Source: Anthoceros angustus
Lineage: Eukaryota > Plantae > Anthocerotophyta
Direction of reading: 5' to 3'
DNA: 64,000 bases
NCBI GenBank assembly: GCA_010909165.1
Contig: MU008175.1
Location: 124,001-188,000, forward strand
Shown: one piece after another, positions 14,087 through 24,995 of the stretch
Layout: the number at the start of each line of letters is the position of its first letter
How positions within the stretch are numbered: the stretch's first letter is position 1
Notes under the pieces: model-generated
Told to the model about the DNA's origin: nothing
What the model saw: only the letters and a program-made list of their open reading frames with translations
Database searches by the model: none
Program-made: the position numbers and the translations under genes

Positions 14087-15092
14087 TGTGGAACTACTTT
14101 TGCTGGTGGCCAGTCGGGCGTGCACCGATCCCATGTTGTTGTGATATGGGGTCCGTTCCCAAGGGAATGACTATCCTACTCGCTTGCGATTTCCTACTCA
14201 GCGTGCCTATCTTACCCTTCGTTTACATTCGGCTACTTACCACAACAGCCCATTGCGCTCGACACTGCGCGCCTTTCTCATGTGGCTCTGGTTAAATCTC
14301 GCGGTTCCGTTACGTCTCACCGGTTCATCACCGTACACGCCCGGTATGGCCAAACGTTTAAGGATTCGTTCTCGTCCCAAGATTCTCTCTAACTCTCTCC
14401 CTTGGCTCCTTCACTCTTCCCCTCTTGTTGTCCTCGTCCGTACCCAAGGGTGCCTGGTTGAAATTGCGGGTCCGGTGGGTGTGGGTTGCAGCACCTCCGC
14501 GTTGCGTTCACCAGGCCGTCCAATCCAGGCTCTACACACCTTCCCTGACAACTGGCTAACTACACCCGCTCCGGTCCACCAGCTGTCGAGATCCTGCCCT
14601 GGAAGAGCAGGGGTCCTGAGTTCTCCACATCTGCACTCACCACCACGCGTTAGGGTTCGTCACCAGAACTTGGATCAGTCTCTTCGGATTAGTCCGCCCG
14701 CTCGGTGACTCGGGACTCGCGTTAATACTAGACTCACAAAGACCTGCAAGTGTAATGCGGCGTCAACCCCAAAAGAAAGATCACTTTACTGGAATGGCAA
14801 CCCCCCTCTTATACTACGTTCCGAGGTAGTGCCTTCATTACACTCCTAAATCGGCCTTATGGCCAGCTCACTATGCACGCGCGAGTGGCCCCCATTCCTC
14901 ACGTGGTCCTATCTACGTCTACGGCTGTGGGGCTGTTGCCAACTACGACTAACTCCTGATGTTGGCAGCCCAATCCCTAGCTATGGCGCTTGAGGAGCGC
15001 CTAATCGAATTATTCTTGTCCCCCGGAGTCCCGCGGAGGCCCTTCCCCTACCTCTAATCCTGTCAGACTGTGCCACTGGGGGTGGACTGACA
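14087..15092 (-). repeat. LTR-like repeat (~1 kb), possibly a solo LTR
   Basis: Bounded by TG (14087) and CA (15092); TATA-like TATAAGAG on the minus strand near 14806-14813; 14551-14854 recurs inverted at 21352-21654. No PBS/PPT or convincing TSD. Confidence 0.4.
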
Positions 15093-15097
15093 ACTGC

Positions 15098-15310
15098 TAT
15101 TACTATTAAGTCCTCCTCCTCGCTGTCCCCCGGTGCACTGGTGAGATCCCGTCCCTCAAGTCCGTCCGGGGCCCATTTGTCCTGGACTGGTCGAGCTTGA
15201 CCCTATTACTATTAAGTCCTCCTCCTCGCTGTCCCCCGGTGCACTGGTGGGATCCCGTCCCTCAAGTCCGTCCGGGGCCCATTTGTCCTGGACTGGTCGA
15301 GCTTGACCCT
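15098..15310. repeat. Two-copy ~106-bp tandem duplication followed by short CCGGAC-containing repeats
   Basis: CTATTACTATTAAGTCCTCCTCCTCGCTGTCC...GAGCTTGACCCT repeated at ~15098 and ~15204. Confidence 0.85.
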
Positions 15311-16032
15311 CTACCAAGTCCGCCTCTACCTCCAGAGTCCGGACCATTGGGTCCGTCTCCTCCTCCTAAGTCCGGACCACTGGGTCCATCTCCTCCTTGT
15401 CCGGATCACTGAGTCCGTCCTCTCTTCCTCAGTCCGGACCATTGGAATCGGACCCTCCTCGGGCATCCTAACTTCCAAGTCCGGAGCCGACCCCGATGCC
15501 CTGACTTCTTCGCTCGGACCCGCCTCCTGGGATCCCCCATCCCCCTACGCCATCTCTTGCTCTCTCTCTCCAGCCTCCCCTCCTCCGGACCATTTTCCTC
15601 TACACCCCCCATGCTGGGTGCTGGGTGCAACACGATAATTTTTGAAGGGGGTTAATAATCTCGAAGGGGGTTTTCCGCAAATAATCTCTGAAGGGGGTTT
15701 TTGATGGGCCCTAAAGCAGCGTTTGAAGGCATTCCGAAAGCGACTGAAAAAGGTGTCACCAAAATTACTACTTTCCATCTAGCAATGTTTGTGGCCAATG
15801 GTGGTCGCAAACTCCAACCTAGGGAAATAATGCAAAGTAGGAACGGTGAGGAAGGCCGTTCCTGCCGGGCAAGAACGACTGTAAACTCAGTAAACTCATG
15901 TTTGGGAGGAAAATGTGGTTTTGTTATGACATCACATAAGCCACGGACAGGGTATTTCCCTCGCACAGAAACATCAGCAACCGGACTTACAACGTTAACT
16001 CCGGGACCCCAGGAAAAAACGAGATTTCAGTT

Positions 16033-17078
16033 TCACTCATCCCCGGAGTTCAATCCTTCGTCACTTGGTCCAGCTTCTCCTGCATTGTCATCGCTATCTT
16101 CAGCGGCACTTTGACTCGCAGGTTGTATGAAGCCACGCAACTCGCAGAGCTTATCCCTTATCGCTTTTGTCCACCGCATACTGAGATGTTTCCGCATGCT
16201 CAACAAAACCCATAATGTGATGACGCCATTCACAAATACCTCCTGTATGTTTTTCGTAATGACCCTTATTCCCTTTTTTCTTGACATTGGACCAAATGGG
16301 TTACCACTCTGGCGGACTATGTATTCTCGCACATATCTCCTTCATACGACCGTGCTCATCCGATACTGTGGATAAGAAAGTGAGGTCGTGGTGCATTTAG
16401 CTTCACGCCAATGACCTCTCAATCCAAAATGGCCTGTTATGCATGTCCGTAGTGCACGCACGATAAACATCCCTCTTGATTTCCGTTATGTCCCCATTCA
16501 TCCGTGCCATTTCACTGTTGCCTTCCCGCATTTTGATATGCCCCAAGTACATATCCGTTGTGGGAGGTCCTCAATAATGCCTCATCCAACAAAGCTTCAT
16601 CCGGACTTGAAGTGGTCGGGTATGCTCCACCGCGTGAAAACCACTTCCAAGGATGTTCTAGCACTAGACCGATGTTATTCTCCACAATGACAGCAATCTC
16701 CTTCTGGTCCACCCAAAAGGCCTCCCACCACTTGTACTCTTCAGCAGTTACATATGGACGCAACCCTTTTAATCCTTCCTGCAAGTGGGCGACTCCTTCC
16801 GTGGGTGATGGGATACCTGCCGTTCCCTTCTTATCCCGGGCTCGCAGTGACAATAAAGGCGCAGCCGTTATTCCCTCAGAAGGAACAAAATTCAAAAACT
16901 CTAATCCAGCTTCGGTTTCCCATAGCGGGGATGTTGAATCTTGTTGCTCGATGATGTGACAAGGCCGGGTTTGTCTTCCGTAATTTTTGAACTGTGGCAG
17001 CAGTTGTTCGGTTTTGACAGTGCAACAAAACCGCTTGCTACCTCCTCGCGTTTTCACATATGTCCTAAAATCCGGGAC
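16033..17078 (-). pseudogene. C-terminal remnant of a putative transposase (DUF7869-like)
   Basis: VPDFRTYV..PQFKNY..LWETEAGLEFL..YKWWEAFW, then GDITEIK..NRPFWI and IQEVFVNG..AIRDKL, with frameshifts. Family resemblance is from memory; the catalytic core is missing. Confidence 0.45.
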
Positions 17079-17900
17079 CCCGAGGGAGGGCGCCGGCCGG
17101 CGCCTCCCCGCACCACCCGGAGGACGGCGGAGGGCGCGGCCGGCCGCCGTCCGCCACCGCCCGTCGGCCCATGGAGGGCGGGCGCCACCGGCCGCCTGCA
17201 CCACCAGACCCCCTCCGGGTGGTGCTCGGATGGGAGGGCGCCGGCGGCGGCGCCGGCGCCTCCCCGCACCACCATTGTGGCGATGGGTGGTGCGGGGAGG
17301 CGCCGGCGGCCGGCGCCTCCCCGCACCACCATTGTGCCGGGCCTCCGGGTGGTGCTCGGATGGGAGGGCGCCCGGCGGCGCCTCATCCGGCACCACCCGG
17401 GGTCTGGGTGGTGCAGGCGGCGGCCGCCGGCGCCCGCCCTCCATGGGCCGACGGTGGTGCGCGGGCGGCGCCGGCCGGCCGCCTCCCTCCGCCGTCCTCC
17501 GGGTGGCACGTGGAGGCGGGCGCCGGCCGGCCGGCGCCTCGGGGCGGATGGAGGCGGCCGGCCGGCGCCCTCCCTCCGCCCGCCTCGCCCGAGGGAGGTG
17601 TACGCGAGGCGGCGCCGGCCGGCGCCGCCTCCACGCGCCACCCGAGGGCCGACGGCAGCGCGAGGCGGCCGGCCGGCCGCCGTCCTCCACGCCACCGAGG
17701 ACGGGCCGACGGTGGTGCGCGGGCGCGCGGCCGGCCGGCGCCCGCCTGCGCACCCGTTGCCCACCCGGCAGGTACTACCGTCAGGCGCCACAGTGTGGTG
17801 CTCGAAGGGAGGCGCCGGCCGGCGCCCTCCCTCCGCCACACCACACTGTGGCCACAAATAATGGCAGATGGAGGGCGTCGGCCGGCCGGCGCCCTGAGTG
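17075..17900. repeat. Extremely GC-rich tract built from GGCGCCGGCCGGCGCC-type palindromes
   Basis: The 16-bp palindrome and variants recur throughout; long ORFs on both strands arise only from composition; hairpin with arms GCCACAGTGTGGTG / CACCACACTGTGGC at ~17787-17853. Confidence 0.9.
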
Positions 17901-17919
17901 TGGTGTACAGAGGGATGTC

Positions 17920-18830
17920 GCCGACGCATTGTTGCGATACCTGTTGCTTTCTTGCAAAAAGTAGGATAGTCTTCGCTGACCATTCGGATTGCGTGTAGCA
18001 ATTGAAAGATGTGGAGGTCTTGTCCAAACTTCCTGAGGAGTTTCGCCATTTCATATTTGAGATCAATAATTGGAAGGGCCTGGAGAATGAGCAGCGGGCT
18101 TTAGCAGACAAGGACTTGGAAGAGGGACTCCACGTTTTCAACGTTCCATCGGTGGCAGTCGATGCGGATCCAAGGCGTAATGTTCTTGACTTGCGTGGCT
18201 ACTGCGGGAAGGAGATACACTTTGCTTGTCATGGACGCCCCCGTGGGTTTGACATCGGTCCTATGGACAAGCGCATGGATTCGGCCATGATGGGTGTGTT
18301 TGAGTTTTGAAGAGAAGACCACCGGCGAGTTCGGGCTTATCGTCACGCATGGAGTTGAAGAAGCCCACGATCGAGTCTGCGGAAATTGTGTGGCAAGGGA
18401 GGCATGGTGTCCTTCATCTGGGACAAGACAAACATGAATAACGACAGAGGCGGATTTGAGACTGTCGAGTACGTGACAATAGGATGGTGTCTAAAAGCAA
18501 GTTGTGCGAGAGAATGGGTTCCTATGATGCCTAACGCCATGCATGGGACTTTCAACAATGGAAGGACAGTTATTGGGCACCCCACTGTCGTGAAGAAGCT
18601 GGTCCACCTATCACACGACAAGCTGGTAGTATGCCCTTACCAACGCCCGCTAGGCATTATGACAAAACTTGTCAAAACATTCTCCAGGGAAGGAGATTGG
18701 GTTGTGGATGCTTGTGTGGAGCGCACGACAACATTGGCGATTGTTGAGTGGCCGGAATGATTGCGATTGAAGCCGATTTGAGGTGCGGGTACATTGAACA
18801 ACGACACATGGTGTACAAGTCCTACGACGC
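17920..18830 (+). pseudogene. Beta-class N6-adenine/N4-cytosine DNA methyltransferase (N6_N4_Mtase-like), frameshifted
   Basis: Motifs in beta-class order: MDAP/GFDIGP (DPPY-like, 18231-18265, across a frameshift), FIWDKTN, CPYQRPLGIMTKLVKTFSREGDWVVDACV..TT (matching HPTxKP..L..LI...S..GDxVLDPFxGxGTT), IAIEAD (~18760-18778). Confidence 0.8.
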
Positions 18831-21317
18831 AGAGGAAGAGCTAACGCTCGAGCCGCATCGCAAGGGGTCCATCTCGCCTGGGCAAAGGAGGTTTGCATAA
18901 GTGAGAAGGATTGCCTTAAAGCCCAAGTGGTTGCATTAAGTGCCAGAAGGTTGAAGACCACGACTGGCGACCTTTTGGATGAGGGTGAGCAAACCCTAGA
19001 TGCTCTGTGGCAGTCGACACCGTCAGACGCTAGGCCCAGGAATGATACTATTGAAGACGAGCAAGCAATGGAGGAGAACGACAACTTTGAGGCGGACGAT
19101 GTGGACCGCCTCAGGAATATGGCGGTGGTTCTTGACTCAGTGTCGGTGCAAGGCATGGATGAGTCGCCAGGCCGCACTCTTCAATGACTTTGTCGATGCC
19201 GATGACCACTCCCTTCTTTAGCAGATGTTTGTTGCAATGTTCTCACGACCATTGAAATGAGACTCCCGCTAGTACAGGATTGTCTTCATTGTGTTCCACC
19301 ACTTCAAGTAAAAGTTTTTGCCAGAAAACATATGAAAATGGCAGCCCTCTAAAAATCTCTGACGACACCCCACACCCTCGTGCTCCGGTTCTAGGGTGTT
19401 GACTTGAAAACGATCTTTATCACAGGAATGACCTCGTAAAGGGTGTGCATTATCAAAGTAGGGCACATATGCTGTTTTAGGTAAGGTGTTCTTCGTGACA
19501 AGGGGTCTTGTCTCGTAGAAGGGGGTCGATATCCCCTTCAAAATTATCGTGTTGTGCGGCGGACCTACTTCTTGCTCTGTTGTTGCCGCTCCACCGTCTT
19601 CTCCCGGTCACCTCCCATCCGTCTGGCCCTCCTCGCTCACTCTCATCGAACAGATGCCCAATTCTCTGCAGCGCTTTTCGAGACCTTCCGGTCCCTCCGA
19701 CTCCTCTGGCAGTCCCGCAATCTCAGCAGCCTGGTGGACTGTCCCCACCGCTCTCAGGAGCTCCACATGATAGTACACGAAGTCCGGGTCGATCTGCTGG
19801 ATGGCCTCTTCTACGTGGGCTCGGAGCACTCTGTATTCGATCCGCCCTTGGAAAAGTCCGTTCCTTTCCTCCACCACATGGAGCCGTAGCTCCAGGGTCT
19901 CCTTCTGGCCTTCCATCTCCTGGCGTGCCTCTCCCACCTCTTGGAGCTGCAGTCGAAGATCCCCCAGCTCCCTCAGCCGCACTTCCATCTCCTCCCCATG
20001 GGCCGTGCGTGCTTACTCTGCAGCCGTCTACTCCTCCTTCAGGCATGCTGTGGCCGCTCCAGCCACCTCCCTCTAGCGATTCCGGTCCCTGCGGTAGTGG
20101 TCCTGGTCAGTCTTGGCCGTGGCCTCAGCTTCCTTGGCCCACTTCAGTTGAGCCTCTAGCGCCTAAGCCTCATAGGCGTGCTTCAACTGCTCATACAGCT
20201 GGAGCACCCGAGCCTTGTCTTGCTGGGTAGACCTCGCCTCCGTCTCCGCCGTCCAGAGCTTCTCCTCCTCGATCCTGGCGAGGGACTCCGCCTTCTTCCT
20301 GGCTACCTGAGCCGCCTCCGTTTCACCCTGAAGCTCCACCATTCGCCTTCGGGTGGCCTCCACTTCCTGGGTCTTCTCTGTAGTTCCGCGGAGCCCCCAC
20401 AACATGTCGTCCATGACGGCGGCCAAGACTCGCCGTGTCTCTTCCATGGCCACCGCCGTTGATGCTCCCAAGAATCCTGCCGATGACGCAGGCATCACCC
20501 GGTCCGTCAAGGACCGCCACACCGCACTCTGAAGTGAGTCCGGGTTGGGTACTCCGGACCCAATCAGGACCCGTAGGTCCTGTCCGTCCGGTGCAGGTCT
20601 GTCAACCTCCTTGGCCCATTTCGCGGCCAATTCCTTCTCCGTTCGTCTCCGCTTTAAGTCCGGTGGGGGGAAGGGGTCCGGGAGCTTGCTCGCTTTCCTC
20701 TCCTCGTAGGGGAGAGGACCGGCTCCGGGTGAGGCTGCTGCTATTGGCGTCACCGGGGCAGTGGAGTTGGGCGCCTGCTTCTTCTTCCGTGCCTCTGTTC
20801 TTGTCCGTCAGGGCCCAGGAGAAGGGAAGCGAGAATCTCTTCCCATACTTCCCTTGGTGGGGAGGGAGTCCGTTCCAGATGGATGGCATCTAGGATGCCC
20901 TCCCAATCTTCTTCCTCTTGGACGCGTCGGCCCTTGCCCGGGCGGCTGTCCTGGTCGTGCACTTCCCCCCCTCGCTCCCCCTCCGGTATGGTGGCCAGCC
21001 TCCTTCGGAGGGCTCGTTCCTCCTTCAGGAGATTGAGGTGTCCCTAGAAATGCACGATGAAAGGGGACAGTGTCGAAGGAGGAGGCCGCTCGTTGTGCAG
21101 CTTCCGAGCCTCCTAAGCTATCCGGGCGAAGATAATTTGCCCCCAATCCGCCCTCTTGCCCCTCTGGAAGGCGTGCAGGAAGACCAGCAGGTTATATCCT
21201 AGGTGGTCCACCTTGATGAGCATGTTCCATTGGACGATAATCTTCGCCACTGCCCTCACCCGTTGGTCCAGCAGGTCCAACATCAACCAGCCGTTGGAGG
21301 ACCTCCGCCTCCCGGGC

Positions 21318-21654
21318 TCTGCAAGTGTAATGCGGCATCAACCCCAAAAGACCGATTTAGGAGTGTAATAAAGGCACTACCTCGGAGCGTAGTATAAGAG
21401 GGGGTTGCCATCCCAGTAAAGTGATCTTTCTTTTGGGGTTGATGCCGCATTACACTTGCAGACTTTTGTGAGTCTAGTACTAACGCGAGTCCCGAGTCAT
21501 CGAGCGGGCGGACTACTCCGAAGAGAATTATCTAGGTTCTAGTGACAAAACCTAATGTGTGGTGGTGAGTGCAATTGTGGAGAACCCGGGACCTCTGCTC
21601 TTCCAAGGCAGGATCCCGACGGCCGGCGGACCGGAGCGGGCGTAGTTAACCAGT
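21318..21654. repeat. Inverted copy of 14551-14854 with a perfect 34-bp fold-back stem
   Basis: 21352-21654 is the reverse complement of 14551-14854 with substitutions; 21318-21351 pairs perfectly with 21429-21462. Confidence 0.9.
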
Positions 21655-21663
21655 CAGGCACGA

Positions 21664-21834
21664 TTTATAGGGCAGTGTATGGTGGGTTAACTCATATCGG
21701 TTAGATTAACTTGTAGTGTCTTTTGATAACTTGTATATTAGGTTGTAGGCCAGAGGTTTATAGTGTAGTGTGTGGTGGGCTAACTCACTGCGGTAGGATT
21801 GACTTGTAGTATCTTTTGATAACTTGTATATTAG
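21664..21834. repeat. Two-copy ~93-bp tandem repeat
   Basis: GGTGGG(T/C)TAACTCA...ACTTGTAGT(G/A)TCTTTTGATAACTTGTATATTAG occurs twice. Confidence 0.8.
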
Positions 21835-22561
21835 CTTATGGGCCCACTAGAGCTGGCATTAGAGAATCTCAAGATTGTAGAAATTAGATGAGACTAATAA
21901 TATGTGTGGAAGTTTATGATACAAATCATGTTTTTACGATGCATCATGCTCGAGAAGGAGGAAGAGCTTTGGAAAGTCGGAGGAGGAGGAGGTTTGGAAA
22001 GTCGGAGTCCGAGGAGGAGGTTTGGAAAGTCATCAAGGGACCACGTGATGGTTGGCATGGATGCCGCGATGGCTAGTGACTGGACCTGTTGAATGAATTG
22101 AGAGACAAAATGCGCAACCCGCAGATGGAGGGCCTAATGGCAAGGTAGAATACCACGAAAGAAACTCTACAACTTAAAACCCTAAGATGAAGGAAAAGAA
22201 TCTCCTGACAACATCCGAACCGTACACTCAAGTTGTGTGACAAGAAGGGTTTAGGGTCTAAGGTTTTTGTGCCCTTCCGTTGCCCGACTGACCCTGCCAT
22301 ACTGTTTTCAGGCCGAATACGTGGTTCAAGACCTATTCAACAATCCTCGAAAAAGGCAATACAATTCAAAGCGCCAAAGTAAATAAATGCCCTATCAAAT
22401 TGCCACGGAACCTAGTGGGAATCGCTGCTGCCCAACCACCAACCGAGAGGGAATGTGCTCTAGGACCATTACGTCCAGAGTCTTTGAGAAGTCTGTCCCA
22501 CGCAGAGTAGTCCATATGGCTTTTGCTGACGCAGAGAAAGATAGTCATTCCTACCCGACAC

Positions 22562-24188
22562 TCACTTGAGCACACTGCAAGAAAAGACAATTCCACAGAA
22601 ACGCGGTTCTTCAGACTTCCTATCCAGAGATATACCTGTAGCAACCAAGGCACATTCAGACGGCAGTACTTCACTTACTTGTACAAGTAAGCTGCTATGC
22701 CGAGCACAATGATGAGAAGGACAATATCAATGCAGAAGTTTCGAGTTGACCGCAACTGCAAAATACAGCAGATGATTGGTTTCAATACAATGGACGTCCA
22801 CCAAAACTTTAGGAGAACTTGGCAAGGTTGCTAATCTCAACATGAACAGATAAGGTACCACCTTGGTGACTGTGTCTCGCAGCCTTGTATTCGTGCTTTT
22901 CAGGTCGGAGGAGGCTTTGTCGACCTGCCACAGATTTATTCAATACAAAATCAAGTTGGATCCAGTAAGTCTAATACAAATGATACGAGTGAGCCACGTC
23001 TCCTCACCTTGGTGTCAATCTCGTCAAGGAGTCCTTCTTGCTTCCTCAGCTCCTGCACCGTAAGTACAGACATTCAGAATCCAAAAGTACAGCAGGCAAA
23101 AAGATTTGAGCCCCAACCTTGTCATGCTACAAAACAACACACCTCATTCATATCTCCTGCCAGGTTCGTCAAGGTTGAGAGTCCTTCTGCAATTACATCC
23201 AGATTCTGATCCTGCAGTATTCTCATTCAAGAGCAAACGAAGAAGACGGAGGTTATCTCAGCCAGAATTCGGAAAACTGACAGTTTTCCTCTTGAATTAT
23301 GAAAATAAGATAACCTACTTGCTTCCTTCTGCGATCTTCATATTCTTGGCGGAAATTACTAGACTCTTCGGTTTGCTCATAATGAGAAGCATTGAAGTCC
23401 TCTGCACGTCCCACCTATCAGGCTTAAATCTATGTTTGCTCACTTCTCACATAACGGTGAAATCTCCGGTACCTTCCGCAGAGGCCCACAGGTGCTTATC
23501 TAGAACATTAGCCTAATGCATCAGTAGACAGAAGAGCTGGGGCCCTGGCTCCAGTACCTGGGTTTACAGAATCAATGCGAATCTCGGATCGAGTGGGTCC
23601 TGCTCTCCCACCCCATGCACCTCTTCTGCCTGTGGTCACTCCATCCGGAATGGATTCAATCCTTTCCTCCAGGGCTAAGACCAAATCTGGTCGTGCCTCC
23701 TGCTCATCTCTGCTAAGTCCTTTTACCTGTCCGCATCAGGCACCCATATCTAGTTTGAGTCAGTGCCAGGCAATTCTCTCCAACCTTCAAAACCTGAAAA
23801 TCGCACCAAGATCACCCAACCTTCTTGAGCGCAAGCTTTTGCAGCTTAGGTATCTCATTCTTCAGAGCAGCTTTGGACCTCCGTATCTCTGCATTCAGCG
23901 TTGCTGCTGCTGCTCTGTTGGTCTCTACAGAGACATCATTTGCTTTCTGCACACACACAGATGCTAAGTACAGCAACAAGGAACCCTAACCCAAATACAA
24001 GAAGAGAAGCTGACATACATAAGAGAGCATACCTGAGCTATAGCTTGGATCTCAGCTTCCACCACTGTATACAACCTGAGGAACGGATCAGTGCCGGAGA
24101 CCTGCTGCTCCCTCTGCTTGTCGAGGTCATACTTGTCGTACTTTTTGCAAACAGCGTCCACTCGCGTTAGAATGTCAATTACACTCAT
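22562..24188 (-). CDS. SYP71: Syntaxin of plants 7 family (SYP71-like Qc-SNARE), 266 aa, 9 coding exons
   Basis: Exons 24188-24033, 23946-23821, 23726-23558, 23401-23319, 23211-23143, 23052-23008, 22924-22862, 22755-22679, 22574-22562; all GT-AG and in frame (801 nt). N-terminus MSVIDILTRVDAVCKKYDKYD, SNARE motif QDQNLDVIAEGLSTL, C-terminal anchor RNFCIDIVLLIIVLGIAAYLYNVLK. Confidence 0.95.
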
Positions 24189-24599
24189 CTCGTCGGTCTA
24201 GAAGCCCCGTGTGCACCAGTATCCGGACAGCGTCTTTCGTCGGACTAACGACCCCCTGCAGCAGTATCAGAACTGTGTCTTTCCTGTCACCCAGAGAATA
24301 CCTTTTAGAGGGCATTCCAGCTAAGCCACCGGAAACCTTCATAAAGATCCCAGCTTTCAAAGTACAAGCGGAACAGATCTCCAGCTTTGATAGCCGGCGC
24401 ATCTTACCAGACCAGGCCTGGCTCCAACCACAGATCTCCGGCCTGCGAATGGGCACAGTCGAATGTCACAGGAGCTCGCGGGAATCGGAGACTGGCCTGC
24501 GTACATAATAGGTAGTATGTATCCTTCTTCGCGCCCACCCAGCTCCAGATCCCACGGTCTGAAAGGAGAAGAGTATTATCTGGTTCCGTCTCTGTAGCG

Positions 24600-24781
24600 T
24601 TAATTGAAGTTAATATAAGATGCAACCTTGGATTGCTTAGCCTTCAAGTCCGGGAAGGGGCTAGGAAGGAGAAGGGCGAGGCCGCTTTAGAACCCAACAG
24701 ATCAATTAGTGGAGGCAGAGTAGCTCGCCTCGGTCGTGGTCGCGGCAGAGCGTCGTCTGCTGGCTTCGGTGCAAACTTCTG
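24600..24781. promoter_or_regulatory. Probable short bidirectional promoter shared by SYP7 and SF3B1
   Basis: Divergent genes with start codons ~0.8 kb apart; an SF3B1 5'UTR intron (24782-24989, GTAAG...TTTGTAG) and a probable SYP7 5'UTR intron fill most of the gap. Confidence 0.55.
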
Positions 24782-24995
24782 GTAAGCTGCTGCTGCTTCT
24801 AGGTCACATTGCTTGGGCATGTCGGTGCGTTGGTTCCTTTAGGTTTGTCCGTTTTCTATGCTTTTTGGTTCTGGAGGTGGCTGGCTGCGGGACGCCGCCT
24901 TTCTTGTCAGTGGGTGCAAGATACGTGAAACAACAAAATTCCGCGGAGTTTGGTTGGCTAATCAGCGGCGTGGTGTGTTCGATTTGTAGGTGGCC

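Larger units (their letters stand above)
15628..19554. mobile_element. TIR DNA transposon (3.9 kb, internally deleted) with 2-bp TSD and methyltransferase cargo
   Basis: TIRs CAACACGATAATTTTTGAAGGGG / CCCCTTCAAAATTATCGTGTTG; TG duplicated at 15626-27 and 19555-56; sub-terminal GAAGGGGG repeats; host ORF rejoins in frame. Confidence 0.9.
15100..21317 (-). pseudogene. Decayed retroelement-associated accessory ORF (DWGQIIF..SPFIVHF domain, coiled coil, acidic tail), split by the TIR element at 15628-19554
   Basis: Minus-strand fragments ~21300-21000, 20889-20602, 20753-20163 and 19988-19608 (coiled coil). Removing the insertion and one TG rejoins EQEVGPP|HPAPSMGGVEENG in frame with ORF 15406-15633. 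Confidence 0.55.

Noticed and set aside
16512-18141. Several overlapping 250-410 aa Arg/Pro/Ala/Gly ORFs on both strands
   Set aside because: Caused by stop-codon depletion in the GC palindromic tract; only the flanking portions look like real protein.
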